Made by a program: the position numbers and the translations under genes | Shown here: positions 26,801 to 41,800 of the stretch, in pieces | Numbering within the stretch: the first letter of the stretch is position 1 | How the letters are laid out: every line of letters starts with the position of its first letter | Assembly: GCA_964016885.1 (NCBI GenBank) | Contig: OZ024742.1 | Location: 286,874,001 to 286,938,000, forward strand | Source: Eledone cirrhosa | Lineage: Eukaryota | DNA length: 64,000 nucleotides | Direction of reading: 5' to 3' | Notes under the pieces: generated by a model | What the model was told of the DNA's origin: nothing | Databases searched by the model: none | Seen by the model: the letters and a program-made list of their open reading frames with translations, nothing else

Positions 26801-29800
26801 AGCCTGTTACCAACTTTAGAGACCTACATTTTACATCTGGCCTAGGTATATTACCTACTTTAATGCTCACACCTGGCCTGAGCCTGTTACCAACTTTAGA
26901 TACCTACATTTTACATCTGGCCTGAGTATATTACCTATTTTACTGCTCACACCTGGTCTGAGCCTGTTACAAACTTTAGATACCTACATTTTACATCTGG
27001 CCTGAGTATATTACCTATTTTAGTGCTCACACCTGGCCTGAGCTTGTTACCAACTTTAGAGACCTACATTTTACATCTGGCCTGGGTATATTACCTACTT
27101 TAGTGCGCACATCTGCCCTGAGCCTGTTACCAACTTTAGAGACCTATATTTTACATCTGGCCTGGGTATATTACCTACTTTAGTGCTCACACCTGGCCTG
27201 AGCCTGTTACCAACTTTAGAGACCTACATTTTACATCTGGCCTGGGTATATTACCTAGTTTAGTGCTCACACCTGGCCTGAGTCTTTACCAACTTTAGAG
27301 ACCTACATTTTACATCTGGCCTGGGTATATTACCTACTTTAGTGCTCATACCTGGCCTGAGCCTGTTACCAACTTTGGAGACCTACATTTTACATCTGGC
27401 CTGGGTATATTACCTACTTTAGTGCTCACATCTGGCCTGAGCCTGTTACCAACTTTAGAGACCTACATTTTACATCTGGCCTGGGTATATTACCTACTTT
27501 AGTGCTCACATCTGGCCTGAGCCTGTTACCAACTTTAGAGACCTACATTTTACATCTGGCCTAGGTATATTACCTACTTTAGTGCTCACACCTGGTCTGA
27601 GCCTGTTACCAACTTTAGATACCTACATTTTACATCTGGCCTGAGTATATTACCTATTTTAGTGCTCACACCTGGCCTGAGCCTGTTACCAACTTTAGAT
27701 ACCTACATTTTACATCTGGCCTGGGTATATTACCTAGTTTAGTGCTCACACCTGGCCTGAGTCTTTACCAACTTTAGAGACCTACATTTTACATCTGGCC
27801 TGGGTATATTACCTACTTTAGTGCTCACACCTGGCCTGAGCCTGTTACCAACTTTAGAGACCTATATTTTACATCTGGCCTGGGTATATTACCTACTTTA
27901 GTGCTCACACCTGGCCTGAGCCTGTTACCAACTTTAGAGACCTACATTTTACATCTGGCCCGGATATATTACCTACTTTAGTGCTCACACCTGGCCTGAG
28001 CCTGTTACCAACTTTAGAGACCTACATTTTACATCTGGCCTTGGTATATTACCTACTTTAGTGCTCACACCTGGCCTGAGCCTGTTACCAACTTTAGAGA
28101 CCTACATTTTACATCTGGCCTGGGTATATTACCTACTTTAGTGCTCACATCTGCCCTGAGCCTGTTACCAACTTTAGAGACCTATATTTTACATCTGGCC
28201 TGAGTATATTACCTACTTTACTGCTCACTTCTGCCCTGAGCCAGTTACCAACTTTAGAGACCTACATTTTACATCTGGCCCGGGTATATTACCTACTGTA
28301 GTGCTCACATCTGCCCTGAGCCTGTTACCAACTTTAGAGACCTACATTTTACATCTGGCCCGGGTATATTACCTACTTTAGTGCTCACACCTGGCCTGAG
28401 CCTGTTACCAACTTTAGAGACCTACATTTTACATCTGGCCTGGGTATATTACCTACTTTAGTGCTCACACCTGGCCTGAGCCTGTTACCAACATTAGAGA
28501 TCTACATTTTACATCTGGCCTGGGTATATTACCTACTTTAGTGCTCACATCTGCTCTGAGCCTGTTACCAAATTTAGAGACCTATATTTTACATCTGGCC
28601 TGAGTATATTACCTACTTTAGTGCTCACACCTGGCCTGAGCTTGTTACCAACTTTAGAGACCTACATTTTACATCTGGCCTGGGTATATTACCTACTTTA
28701 GTGCTCACACCTGGCCTGAGCTTGTTACCAACTTTAGAGACCTACATTTTACATCTGGCCAGGGTATATTACCTACTTTAGTGCTCACACCTTGCCTGAG
28801 CTTGTTACCAACTTTAGAGACCTACATTTTAGATCTGGCCTGGGTATATTACCTACTTTAGTGCTCACACCTGGCCTGAGCCTGTTACCAACTTTAGAGA
28901 CCTACATTTTACATCTGGCCTGGGTATATTACCTAGTTTAGTGCTCACACCTGGCCTGAGTCTTTACCAACTTTAGAGACCTACATTTTACATCTGGCCT
29001 GGGTATATTACCTACTTTAGTGCTCACATCTGCCCTGAGCCTGTTACCAACTTTAGAGACCTACATTTTACATCTGGCCCGGGTATATTACCTACTTTAG
29101 TGCTCACACCTGGCCTGAGCCTGTTACCAACTTTAGAGACCTACATTTTACATCTGGCCTGGGTATATTACCTACTTTAGTGCTCACACCTGGCCTGAGC
29201 TTGTTACCAACTTTAGAGACCTACATTTTACATTTGGTCTGGGTATATTACCTACTTTAGTGCTCACACCTAGCTTGAGCTTGTTACCAACTTTAGAGAC
29301 CTACATTTTACATCTGGCCTGGGTATATTACCTACTTTAGTGCTCACACCTTGCCTGAGCCTGTTACCAACTTTAGAGACCTACATTTTACATCTGGCCT
29401 AGGTATATTACCTACTTTAGTGCTCACACCTGGCCTGAGCCTGTTACCAACTTTAGAGACCTATATTTTACATCTGGCCTGGGTATATTACCTACTTTAG
29501 TGCTCACACCTGGCCTGAGCCTGTTACCAACTTTAGAGACCTATATTTTACATCTGGCCTGGGTATATTACCTACTTTAGTGCTCACACCTGGCCTGAGC
29601 CTGTTACCAACTTTAGAGACCTACATTTTACATCTGGCCCGGATATATTACCTACTTTAGTGCTCACACCTGGCCTGAGCCTGTTACCAACTTTAGAGAC
29701 CTACATTTTACATCTGGCCTTGGTATATTACCTACTTTAGTGCTCACACCTGGCCTGAGCCTGTTACCAACTTTAGAGACCTACATTTTACATCTGGCCT

Positions 29801-32800
29801 GGGTATATTACCTACTTTAGTGCTCACATCTGCCCTGAGCCTGTTACCAACTTTAGAGACCTATATTTTACATCTGGCCTGAGTATATTACCTACTTTAC
29901 TGCTCACTTCTGCCCTGAGCCAGTTACCAACTTTAGAGACCTACATTTTACATCTGGCCCGGGTATATTACCTACTGTAGTGCTCACATCTGCCCTGAGC
30001 CTGTTACCAACTTTAGAGACCTACATTTTACATCTGGCCCGGGTATATTACCTACTTTAGTGCTCACACCTGGCCTGAGCTTGTTACCAACTTTAGAGAC
30101 CTACATTTTACATCTGGCCTGGGTATATTACCTACTTTAGTGCTCACACCTGGCCTGAGCTTGTTACCAACTTTAGAGACCTACATTTTACATCTGGCCT
30201 AGGTATATTACCTACTTTAGTGCTCACACCTTGCCTGAGCTTGTTACCAACTTTAGAGACCTACATTTTAGATCTGGCCTGGGTATATTACCTACTTTAG
30301 TGCTCACACCTGGCCTGAGCCTGTTACCAACTTTAGAGACCTACATTTTACATCTGGCCTGGGTATATTACCTAGTTTAGTGCTCACACCTGGCCTGAGT
30401 CTTTACCAACTTTAGAGACCTACATTTTACATCTGGCCTGGGTATATTACCTACTTTAGTGCTCACATCTGCCCTGAGCCTGTTACCAACTTTAGAGACC
30501 TACATTTTACATCTGGCCCGGGTATATTACCTACTTTAGTGCTCACACCTGGCCTGAGCCTGTTACCAACTTTAGAGACCTACATTTTACATCTGGCCTG
30601 GGTATATTACCTACTTTAGTGCTCACACCTGGCCTGAGCTTGTTACCAACTTTAGAGACCTACATTTTACATTTGGTCTGGGTATATTACCTACTTTAGT
30701 GCTCACACCTAGCTTGAGCTTGTTACCAACTTTAGAGACCTACATTTTACATCTGGCCTGGGTATATTACCTACTTTAGTGCTCACACCTTGCCTGAGCC
30801 TGTTACCAACTTTAGAGACCTACATTTTACATCTGGCCTAGGTATATTACCTACTTTAGTGCTCACACCTGGCCTGAGCCTGTTACCAACTTTAGAGACC
30901 TATATTTTACATCTGGCCTGGGTATATTACCTACTTTAGTGCTCACACCTGGCCTGAGCCTGTTACCAACTTTAGAGACCTATATTTTACATCTGGCCTG
31001 GGTATATTACCTACTTTAGTGCTCACACCTGGCCTGAGCTTGTTGACCAACTTTAGAGACCTACATTTTACATCTGGCCTAGGTATATTACCTACTTTAG
31101 TGCTCACATCTGGCCTGAGCCTGTTACCAACTTTAGAGACCTACATTTTAAATCTGGCCTAGGTATATTACCTACTTTAATGCTCACACCTGGCCTGAGC
31201 CTGTTACCAACTTTAGATACCTACATTTTACATCTGGCCTGAGTATATTACCTATTTTACTGCTCACACCTGGCCTGAGCCTGTTACCAACTTTAGAGAC
31301 CTACATTTTACATCTGGCCTGGGTATATTACCTACTTTAGTGCTCACACCTGGCCTGAGCTTGTTACCAACTTTAGAGACCTACATTTTACATCTAGCCT
31401 GGGTATATTACCTACTTTAGTGCGCACATCTGCCCTGAGCCTGTTACCAACTTTAGAGACCTATATTTTACATCTGGCCTGGGTATATTACCTACTTTAG
31501 TGCTCACACCTGGTCTGAGCCTGTTACCAACTTTAGAGACCTACATTTTACATCTGGCCTGGGTATATTACCTAGTTTAGTGCTCACACCTGGCCTGAGT
31601 CTTTACCAACTTTAGAGACCTACATTTTACATCTGGCCTGGGTATATTACCTACTTTAGTGCTCATACCTGGCCTGAGCCTGTTACCAACTTTAGAGACC
31701 TACATTTTACATCTGGCCTGGGTATATTACCTACTTTAGTGCTCACATCTGGCCTGAGCCTGTTACCAACTTTAGAGACCTACATTTTACATCTGGCCTG
31801 AGTATATTACCTACTTTAGTGCTCACACCTGGCCTGAGCCTGTTACCAACTTTAGATACCTACATTTTACATCTGGCCTGAGTATATTACCTATTTTACT
31901 GCTCACACCTGGCCTGAGCCTGTTACCAACTTTAGAGACCTACATTTTACATCTGGCCTGGGTATATTACCTACTTTAGTGCTCACAGCTGGCCTAAGCC
32001 TGTTACCAACTTTAGACACCTACATTTTACATCTGGCCTGGGTATATTACCTACTTTAGTGCTCATATCTGGCCTGAGCCTGTTACCAACTTTAGAGACC
32101 TACATTTTACATCTGGCCTAGGTATATTACCTACTTTAGTGCTCACACCTGGTCTGAGCCTGTTACCAACTTTAGATACCTACATTTTACATCTGGCCTG
32201 AGTATATTACCTATTTTAGTGCTCACACCTGGCCTGAGCCTGTTACCAACTTTAGAGACCTACATTTTACATCTGGCCTGGGTATATTACCTTGTTTAGT
32301 GCTCACACCTGGCCTGAGTCTTTACCAACTTTAGAGACCTACATTTTACATCTGGCCTGGGTATATTACCTACTTTAGTGCTCACACCTGGCCTGAGCCT
32401 GTTACCAACTTTAGAGACCTACATTTTACATCTGGCCTGGGTATATTACCTACTTTAGTGCTCACACCTGGCCTGAGCCTGTTACCAACTTTAGAGACCT
32501 ACATTTTACATCTGGCCCGGATATATTGCCTACTTTAGTGCTCACACCTGGCCTGAGCCTGTTACCAACTTTAGAGACCTACATTTTACATCTGGCCTTG
32601 GTATATTACCTACTTTAGTGCTCACACCTGGCCTGAGCCTGTTACCAACTTTAGAGACCTACATTTTACATCTGGCCTGGGTATATTACCTACTTTAGTG
32701 CTCACACCTGGCCTGAGCCTGTTACCAACTTTAGAGACCTACATTTTACATCTGGCCCGGATATATTACCTACTTTAGTGCTCACACCTGGCCTGAGCCT

Positions 32801-35800
32801 GTTACCAACTTTAGAGACCTACATTTTACATCTGGCCTTGGTATATTACCTACTTTAGTGCTCACACCTGGCCTGAGCCTGTTACCAACTTTAGAGACCT
32901 ACATTTTACATCTGGCCTGGGTATATTACCTACTTTAGTGCTCACATCTGCCCTGAGCCTGTTACCAACTTTAGAGACCTATATTTTACATCTGGCCTGA
33001 GTATATTACCTACTTTAGTGCTCACTTCTGCCCTGAGCCAGTTACCAACTTTAGAGACCTACATTTTACATCTGGCCTGGGTATATTACCTACTTTAGTG
33101 CTCACATCTGCCCTGAGCCTGTTACCAACTTTAGAGACCTACATTTTACATCTGGCCCGGGTATATTACCTACTTTAGTGCTCACACCTGGCCTGAGCCT
33201 GTTACCAACTTTAGAGACCTACATTTTACATCTGGCCTAGGTATATTACCTAGTTTAGTGCTCACACCTGGCCTGAGTCTTTACCAACTTTAGAGACCTA
33301 CATTTTACATCTGGCCTGGGTATATTACCTACTTTAGTGCTCATACCTGGCCTGAGCCTGTTACCAACTTTAGAGACCTACATTTTACATCTGGCCTGGG
33401 TATATTACCTACTTTAGTGCTCACACCTTGCCTGAGCCTGTTACCAACTTTAGAGACCTACATTTTACATCTGGCCTAGGTATATTACCTTCTTTAGTGC
33501 TCACACCTGGCCTGAGACTGTTACCAACTTTAGAGACCTATATTTTACATCTGGCCTGGGTATATTACCTACTTTAGTGCTCACACCTGGCCTGAGCTTG
33601 TTACCAACTTTAGAGACCTACATTTTACATCTGGCCTGGGTATATTACCTACTTTAGTGCTCACACCTGGCCTGAGCTTGTTACCAACTTTAGAGACCTA
33701 CATTTTACATTTGGTCTGGGTATATTACCTACTTTAGTGCTCACACCTGGCCTGAGCTTGTTACCAACTTTAGAGACCTACATTTTACATCTGGCCTGGA
33801 TATATTACCTACTTTAGTGCTCACACCTTGCCTGAGCCTGTTACCAACTTTAGAGACCTACATTTTACATCTGGCCTAAGTATATTACGTACTTTAGTGC
33901 TCACACCTGGCCTGAGCCTGTTACCAACATTAGAGACCTATATTTTACATCTGGCCTGGGTATATTACCTACTTTAGTGCTCACACCTGGCCTGAGCCTG
34001 TTACCAACTTTAGAGACCTATATTTTACATCTGGCCTGGGTATATTACCTACTTTAGTGCTCACACCTGGCCTGAGCTTGTAGACCAACTTTAGAGACCT
34101 ACATTTTACATCTGGCCTAGGTATATTACCTACTTTAGTGCTCACATCTGGCCTGAGCCTGTTACCAACTTTAGAGACCTACATTTTACATCTGGCCTAG
34201 GTATATTACCTACTTTAGTGCTCACACCTGGCCTGAGCCTGTTACCAACTTTAGAGACCTATATTTTACATCTGGCCTGAGTATATTACCTATTTTAGTG
34301 CTCACACCTGGCCTGAGCCTGTTACCAACTTCAGAGACCTACATTTTACATCTGGCCTAGGTATATTACCTACTTTAGTGCTCACACCTGGCCTGAGCCT
34401 GTTACCAACTTTAGAGACCTATATTTTACATCTGGCCTGGGTATATTACCTACTTTAGTGCTCACACCTGGCCTGAGCCTGTTACCAACTTTAGAGACCT
34501 ACATTTTACATCTGGCCTAGGTATATTACCTACTTTAGTGCTCACATCTGGCCTGAGCCTGTTACCAACTTTAGAGACCTACATTTTACATCTGGCCTAG
34601 GTATATTACCTACTTTAGTGCTCACACCTGGTCTGAGCCTGTTACCAACTTTAGATACCTACATTTTACATCTGGCCTGAGTATATTACCTATTTTAGTG
34701 CTCACACCTGGCCTGAGCCTGTTACCAACTTTAGAGACCTACATTTTACATCTGGCCTGGGTATCTTACCTAGTTTAGTGCTCACACCTGGCCTGAGTCT
34801 TTACCAACTTTAGAGACCTACATTTTACATCTGGCCTGGGTATATTACCTACTTTAGTGCTCACACCTGGCCTGAGCCTGTTACCAACTTTAGAGACCTA
34901 CATTTTACATCTGGCCTTGGTATATTACCTACTTTAGTGCTCACACCTGGCCTGAGCCTGTTACCAACTTTAGAGACCTACATTTTACATCTGGCCTGGG
35001 TATATTACCTACTTTAGTGCTCACACCTGGCCTGAGCCTGTTACCAACTTTAGAGACCTACATTTTACATCTGGCCCGGATATATTACCTACTTTAGTGC
35101 TCACACCTGGCCTGAGCCTGTTACCAACTTTAGAGACCTACATTTTACATCTGGCCTTGGTATATTACCTACTTTAGTGCTCACACCTGGCCTGAGCCTG
35201 TTACCAACTTTAGAGACCTACATTTTACATCTGGCCTGGGTATATTACCTACTTTAGTGCTCACATCTGCCCTGAGCCTGTTACCAACTTTAGAGACCTA
35301 TATTTTACATCTGGCCTGAGTATATTACCTACTTTAGTGCTCACTTCTGCCCTGAGCCAGTTACCAACTTTAGAGACCTACATTTTACATCTGGCCCGGG
35401 TATATTACCTACTGTAGTGCTCACATCTGCCCTGAGCCTGTTACCAACTTTAGAGACCTACATTTTACATCTGGCCCGGGTATATTACCTACTTTAGTGC
35501 TCACACCTGGCCTGAGCCTGTTACCAACTTTAGAGACCTACATTTTACATCTGGCCTAGGTATATTACCTAGTTTAGTGCTCACACCTGGCCTGAGTCTT
35601 TGCCAACTTTAGAGACCTACATTTTACATCTGGCCTGGGTATATTACCTACTTTAGTGCTCATACCTGGCCTGAGCCTGTTACCAACTTTAGAGACCTAC
35701 ATTTTACATCTGGCCTGGGTATATTACCTACTTTAGTGCTCACACCTTGCCTGAGCCTGTTACCAACTTTAGAGACCTACATTTTACATCTGGCCTAGGT

Positions 35801-38800
35801 ATATTACCTACTTTAGTGCTCACACCTGGCCTGAGACTGTTACCAACTTTAGAGACCTATATTTTACATCTGGCCTGGGTATATTACCTACTTTAGTGCT
35901 CACACCTGGCCTGAGCTTGTTACCAACTTTAGAGACCTACATTTTACATCTGGCCTGGGTATATTACCTACTTTAGTGCTCACACCTGGCCTGAGCTTGT
36001 TACCAACTTTAGAGACCTACATTTTACATTTGGTCTGGGTATATTACCTACTTTAGTGCTCACACCTGGCCTGAGCTTGTTACCAACTTTATAGACCTAC
36101 ATTTTACATCTGGCCTGGATATATTACCTACTTTAGTGCTCACACCTTGACTGAGCCTGTTACCAACTTTAGAGAGCTACATTTTACATCTGGCCTAAGT
36201 ATATTACGTACTTTAGTGCTCACACCTGGCCTGAGCCTGTTACCAACATTAGAGACCTATATTTTACATCTGGCCTGGGTATATTACCTACTTTAGTGCT
36301 CACACCTGGCCTGAGCCTGTTACCAACTTTAGAGACCTATATTTTACATCTGGCCTGGGTATATTACCTACTTTAGTGCTCACACCTGGCCTGAGCTTGT
36401 AGACCAACTTTAGAGACCTACATTTTACATCTGGCCTAGGTATATTACCTACTTTAGTGCTCACATCTGGCCTGAGCCTGTTACCAACTTTAGAGACCTA
36501 CATTTTACATCTGGCCTAGGTATATTACCTACTTTAGTGCTCACACCTGGCCTGAGCCTGTTACCAACTTTAGAGACCTATATTTTACATCTGGCCTGGG
36601 TATATTACCTACTTTAGTGCTCACACCTGGCCTGAGCCTGTTACCAACTTTAGAGACCTACATTTTACATCTGGCCTGGGTATATTACCTACTTTAGTGC
36701 TCACATCTGGCCTGAGCCTGTTACCAACTTTAGAGACCTACATTTTACATCTGGCCTGAGTATAGTACCTACTTTAGTGCTCACACCTGGCCTGAGCCTG
36801 TTACCAACTTTAGATACCTACATTTTACATCTGGCCTGAGTATATTACCTATTTTAGTGCTCACACCTGGCCTGAGCCTGTTACCAACTTTAGAGACCTA
36901 CATTTTACATCTGGCCTGGGTATATTACCTACTTTAGTGCTCACACCTGGCCTGAGCCTGTTACCAACTTCAGAGACCTACATTTTACATCTGGCCTAGG
37001 TATATTACCTACTTTAGTGCTCACACCTGGCCTGAGCCTGTTACCAACTTTAGAGACCTATATTTTACATCTGGCCTGGGTATATTACCTACTTTAGTGC
37101 TCACACCTGGCCTGAGCCTGTTACCAACTTTAGAGACCTACATTTTACATCTGGCCTAGGTATATTACCTACTTTAGTGCTCACATCTGGCCTGAGCCTG
37201 TTACCAACTTTAGAGACCTACATTTTACATCTGGCCTAGGTATATTACCTACTTTAGTGCTCACATCTGGCCTGAGCCTGTTACCAATTTTAGAGACCTA
37301 CATTTTACATCTGGCCTGGGTATATTACCTACTTTACTGCTCACACCTTGCCTGAGCCTGTTACCAACTTTAGAGACCTACATTTTACATCTGGCCTGGG
37401 TATATTACCTACTTTAGTGCTCACACCTGGCCTGAGCCTCTTACCAACTTTAGAGACCTACATTTTACATCTGGCCTGGGTATATTACCTAGTTTAGTGC
37501 TCACACCTGGCCTGAGTCTTTACCAACTTTAGAGACCTACATTTTACATCTGGCCTGGGTATATTACCTACTTTAGTGCTCATACCTGGCCTGAGCCTGT
37601 TACCAACTTTAGAGACCTACATTTTACATCTGGCCTGGGTATATTACCTACTTTAGTGCTCACACCTTGCCTGCGCATGTTACCAACTTTAGAGACCTAC
37701 ATTTTACATTTGGTCTGGGTATATTACCTACTTTAGTGCTCACACCTGGCCTGAGCTTGTTACCAACTTTAGAGACCTACATTTTACATCTGGCCTGGGT
37801 ATATTACCTACTTTAGTGCTCACACCTGGCCTGAGCCTGTTACCAACTTTAGAGACCTACATTTTACATCTGGCCTGGGTATATTACCTACTTTAGTGCT
37901 CACACCTGGCCTGAGCCTATTACCAACTTTAGAGACCTATATTTTACATCTGGCCTGGGTATATTACCTACTTTAGTGCTCACACCTGGCCTGAGCCTGT
38001 TACCAACTTTAGAGACCTATATTTTACATCTGGCCTGGGTATATTACCTACTTTAGTGCTCACACCTGGCCTGAGCTTGTTGACCAACTTTAGAGACCTA
38101 CATTTTACATCTGGCCTAGGTATATTACCTACTTTAGTGCTCACATCTGGCCTGAGCCTGTTACCAACTTTAGAGACCTACATTTTACATCTGGCCTAGG
38201 TATATTACCTACTTTAGTGCTCACACCTGGTCTGAGCCTGTTACCAACTTTAGATACCTACATTTTACATCTGGCCTGAGTATATTACCTATTTTAGTGC
38301 TCACACCTGGCCTGAGCTTGTTACCAACTTTAGAGACCTACATTTGACATCTGGCCTGGGTATATTACCTACTTTAGTGCTCACATCTGCCCTGAGCCTG
38401 TTACCAACTTTAGAGACCTATATTTTACATCTGGCCTGGGTATATTACCTACTTTAGTGCTCACACCTGGCCTGAGCTTGTTACCAACTTTAGAGACCTA
38501 CATTTTACATCTGGCCTGGATATATTACCTACTTTAGTGCTCACACCTTGCCTGAGCCTGTTACCAACTTTAGAGACCTACATTTTACATCTGGCCTAAG
38601 TATATTACGTACTTTAGTGCTCACACCTGGCCTGAGCCTGTTACCAACATTAGAGACCTATATTTTACATCTGGCCTGGGTATATTACCTACTTTAGTGC
38701 TCACACCTGGCCTGAGCCTGTTACCAACTTTAGAGACCTATATTTTACATCTGGCCTGGGTATATTACCTACTTTAGTGCTCACACCTGGCCTGAGCTTG

Positions 38801-41800
38801 TAGACCAACTTTAGAGACCTACATTTTACATCTGGCCTAGGTATATTACCTACTTTAGTGCTCACATCTGGCCTGAGCCTGTTACCAACTTTAGAGACCT
38901 ACATTTCACATCTGGCCTAGGTATATTACCTACTTTAGTGCTCACACCTGGCCTGAGCCTGTTACCAACTTTAGAGACCTATATTTTACATCTGGCCTGG
39001 GTATATTACCTACTTTAGTGCTCACACCTGGCCTGAGCCTGTTACCAACTTTAGAGACCTACATTTTACATCTGGCCTGGGTATATTACCTACTTTAGTG
39101 CTCACATCTGGCCTGAGCCTGTTACCAACTTTAGAGACCTACATTTTACATCTGGCCTGAGTATAGTACCTACTTTAGTGCTCACACCTGGCCTGAGCCT
39201 GTTACCAACTTTAGATACCTACATTTTACATCTGGCCTGAGTATATTACCTATTTTGGTGCTCACACCTGGCCTGAGCCTGTTACCAACTTTAGAGACCT
39301 ACATTTTACATCTGGCCTGGGTATATTACCTACTTTAGTGCTCACACCTGGCCTGAGCCTGTTACCAACTTCAGAGACATACATTTTACATCTGGCCTAG
39401 GTATATTACCTACTTTAGTGCTCACACCTGGCCTGAGCCTGTTACCAACTTTAGAGACCTATATTTTACATCTGGCCTGGGTATATTACCTACTTTAGTG
39501 CTCACACCTGGCCTGAGCCTGTTACCAACTTTAGAGACCTACATTTTACATCTGGCCTAGGTATATTACCTACTTTAGTGCTCACATCTGGCCTGAGCCT
39601 GTTACCAACTTTAGAGACCTACATTTTACATCTGGCCTAGGTATATTACCTACTTTAGTGCTCACATCTGGCCTGAGCCTCTTACCAATTTTAGAGACCT
39701 ACATTTTACATCTGGCCTGAGTATATTACCTACTTTAGTGCTCACACCTTGCCTGAGCCTGTTACCAACTTTAGAGACCTACATTTTACATCTGGCCTGG
39801 GTATATTACCTACTTTAGTGCTCACACCTGGCCTGAGCCTCTTACCAACTTTAGATACCTACATTTTACATCTGGCCTGAGTATATTACCTATTTTAGTG
39901 CTCACACCTGGCCTGAGCCTGTTACCAACTTTAGAGACCTACATTTTACATCTGGCCTGGGTATATTACCTACTTTAGTGCTCACACCTGGCCTGAGCCT
40001 GTTACCAACTTCAGAGACCTACATTTTACATCTGGCCTAGGTATATTACCTACTTTAGTGCTCACACCTGGCCTGAGCCTGTTACCAACTTTAGAGACCT
40101 ATATTTTACATCTGGCCTGGGTATATTACCTACTTTAGTGCTCACACCTGGCCTGAGCCTGTTACCAACTTTAGAGACCTACATTTTACATCTGGCCTAG
40201 GTATATTACCTACTTTAGTGCTCACATCTGGCCTGAGCCTGTTACCAACTTTAGAGACCTACATTTTACATCTGGCCTAGGTATATTACCTACTTTAGTG
40301 CTCACATCTGGCCTGAGCCTGTTACCAATTTTAGAGACCTACATTTTACATCTGGCCTGGGTATATTACCTACTTTACTGCTCACACCTTGCCTGAGCCT
40401 GTTACCAACTTTAGAGACCTACATTTTACATCTGGCCTGGGTATATTACCTACTTTAGTGCTCACACCTGGCCTGAGCCTCTTACCAACTTTAGAGACCT
40501 ACATTTTACATCTGGCCTGGGTATATTACCTAGTTTAGTGCTCACACCTGGCCTGAGTCTTTACCAACTTTAGAGACCTACATTTTACATCTGGCCTGGG
40601 TATATTACCTACTTTAGTGCTCATACCTGGCCTGAGCCTGTTACCAACTTTAGAGACCTACATTTTACATCTGGCCTGGGTATATTACCTACTTTAGTGC
40701 TCACACCTTGCCTGCGCATGTTACCAACTTTAGAGACCTACATTTTACATTTGGTCTGGGTATATTACCTACTTTAGTGCTCACACCTGGCCTGAGCTTG
40801 TTACCAACTTTAGAGACCTACATTTTACATCTGGCCTGGGTATATTACCTACTTTAGTGCTCACACCTGGCCTGAGCCTGTTACCAACTTTAGAGACCTA
40901 CATTTTACATCTGGCCTGGGTATATTACCTACTTTAGTGCTCACACCTGGCCTGAGCCTATTACCAACTTTAGAGACCTATATTTTACATCTGGCCTGGG
41001 TATATTACCTACTTTAGTGCTCACACCTGGCCTGAGCCTGTTACCAACTTTAGAGACCTATATTTTACATCTGGCCTGGGTATATTACCTACTTTAGTGC
41101 TCACACCTGGCCTGAGCTTGTTGACCAACTTTAGAGACCTACATTTTACATCTGGCCTAGGTATATTACCTACTTTAGTGCTCACATCTGGCCTGAGCCT
41201 GTTACCAACTTTAGAGACCTACATTTTACATCTGGCCTAGGTATATTACCTACTTTAGTGCTCACACCTGGTCTGAGCCTGTTACCAACTTTAGATACCT
41301 ACATTTTACATCTGGCCTGAGTATATTACCTATTTTAGTGCTCACACCTGGCCTGAGCTTGTTACCAACTTTAGAGACCTACATTTGACATCTGGCCTGG
41401 GTATATTACCTACTTTAGTGCTCACATCTGCCCTGAGCCTGTTACCAACTTTAGAGACCTATATTTTACATCTGGCCTGGGTATATTACCTACTTTAGTG
41501 CTCACACCTGGCCTGAGCTTGTTACCAACTTTAGAGACCTACATTTTACATCTGGCCTGGATATATTACCTACTTTAGTGCTCACACCTTGCCTGAGCCT
41601 GTTACCAACTTTAGAGACCTACATTTTACATCTGGCCTAAGTATATTACGTACTTTAGTGCTCACACCTGGCCTGAGCCTGTTACCAACATTAGAGACCT
41701 ATATTTTACATCTGGCCTGGGTATATTACCTACTTTAGTGCTCACACCTGGCCTGAGCCTGTTACCAACTTTAGAGACCTATATTTTACATCTGGCCTGG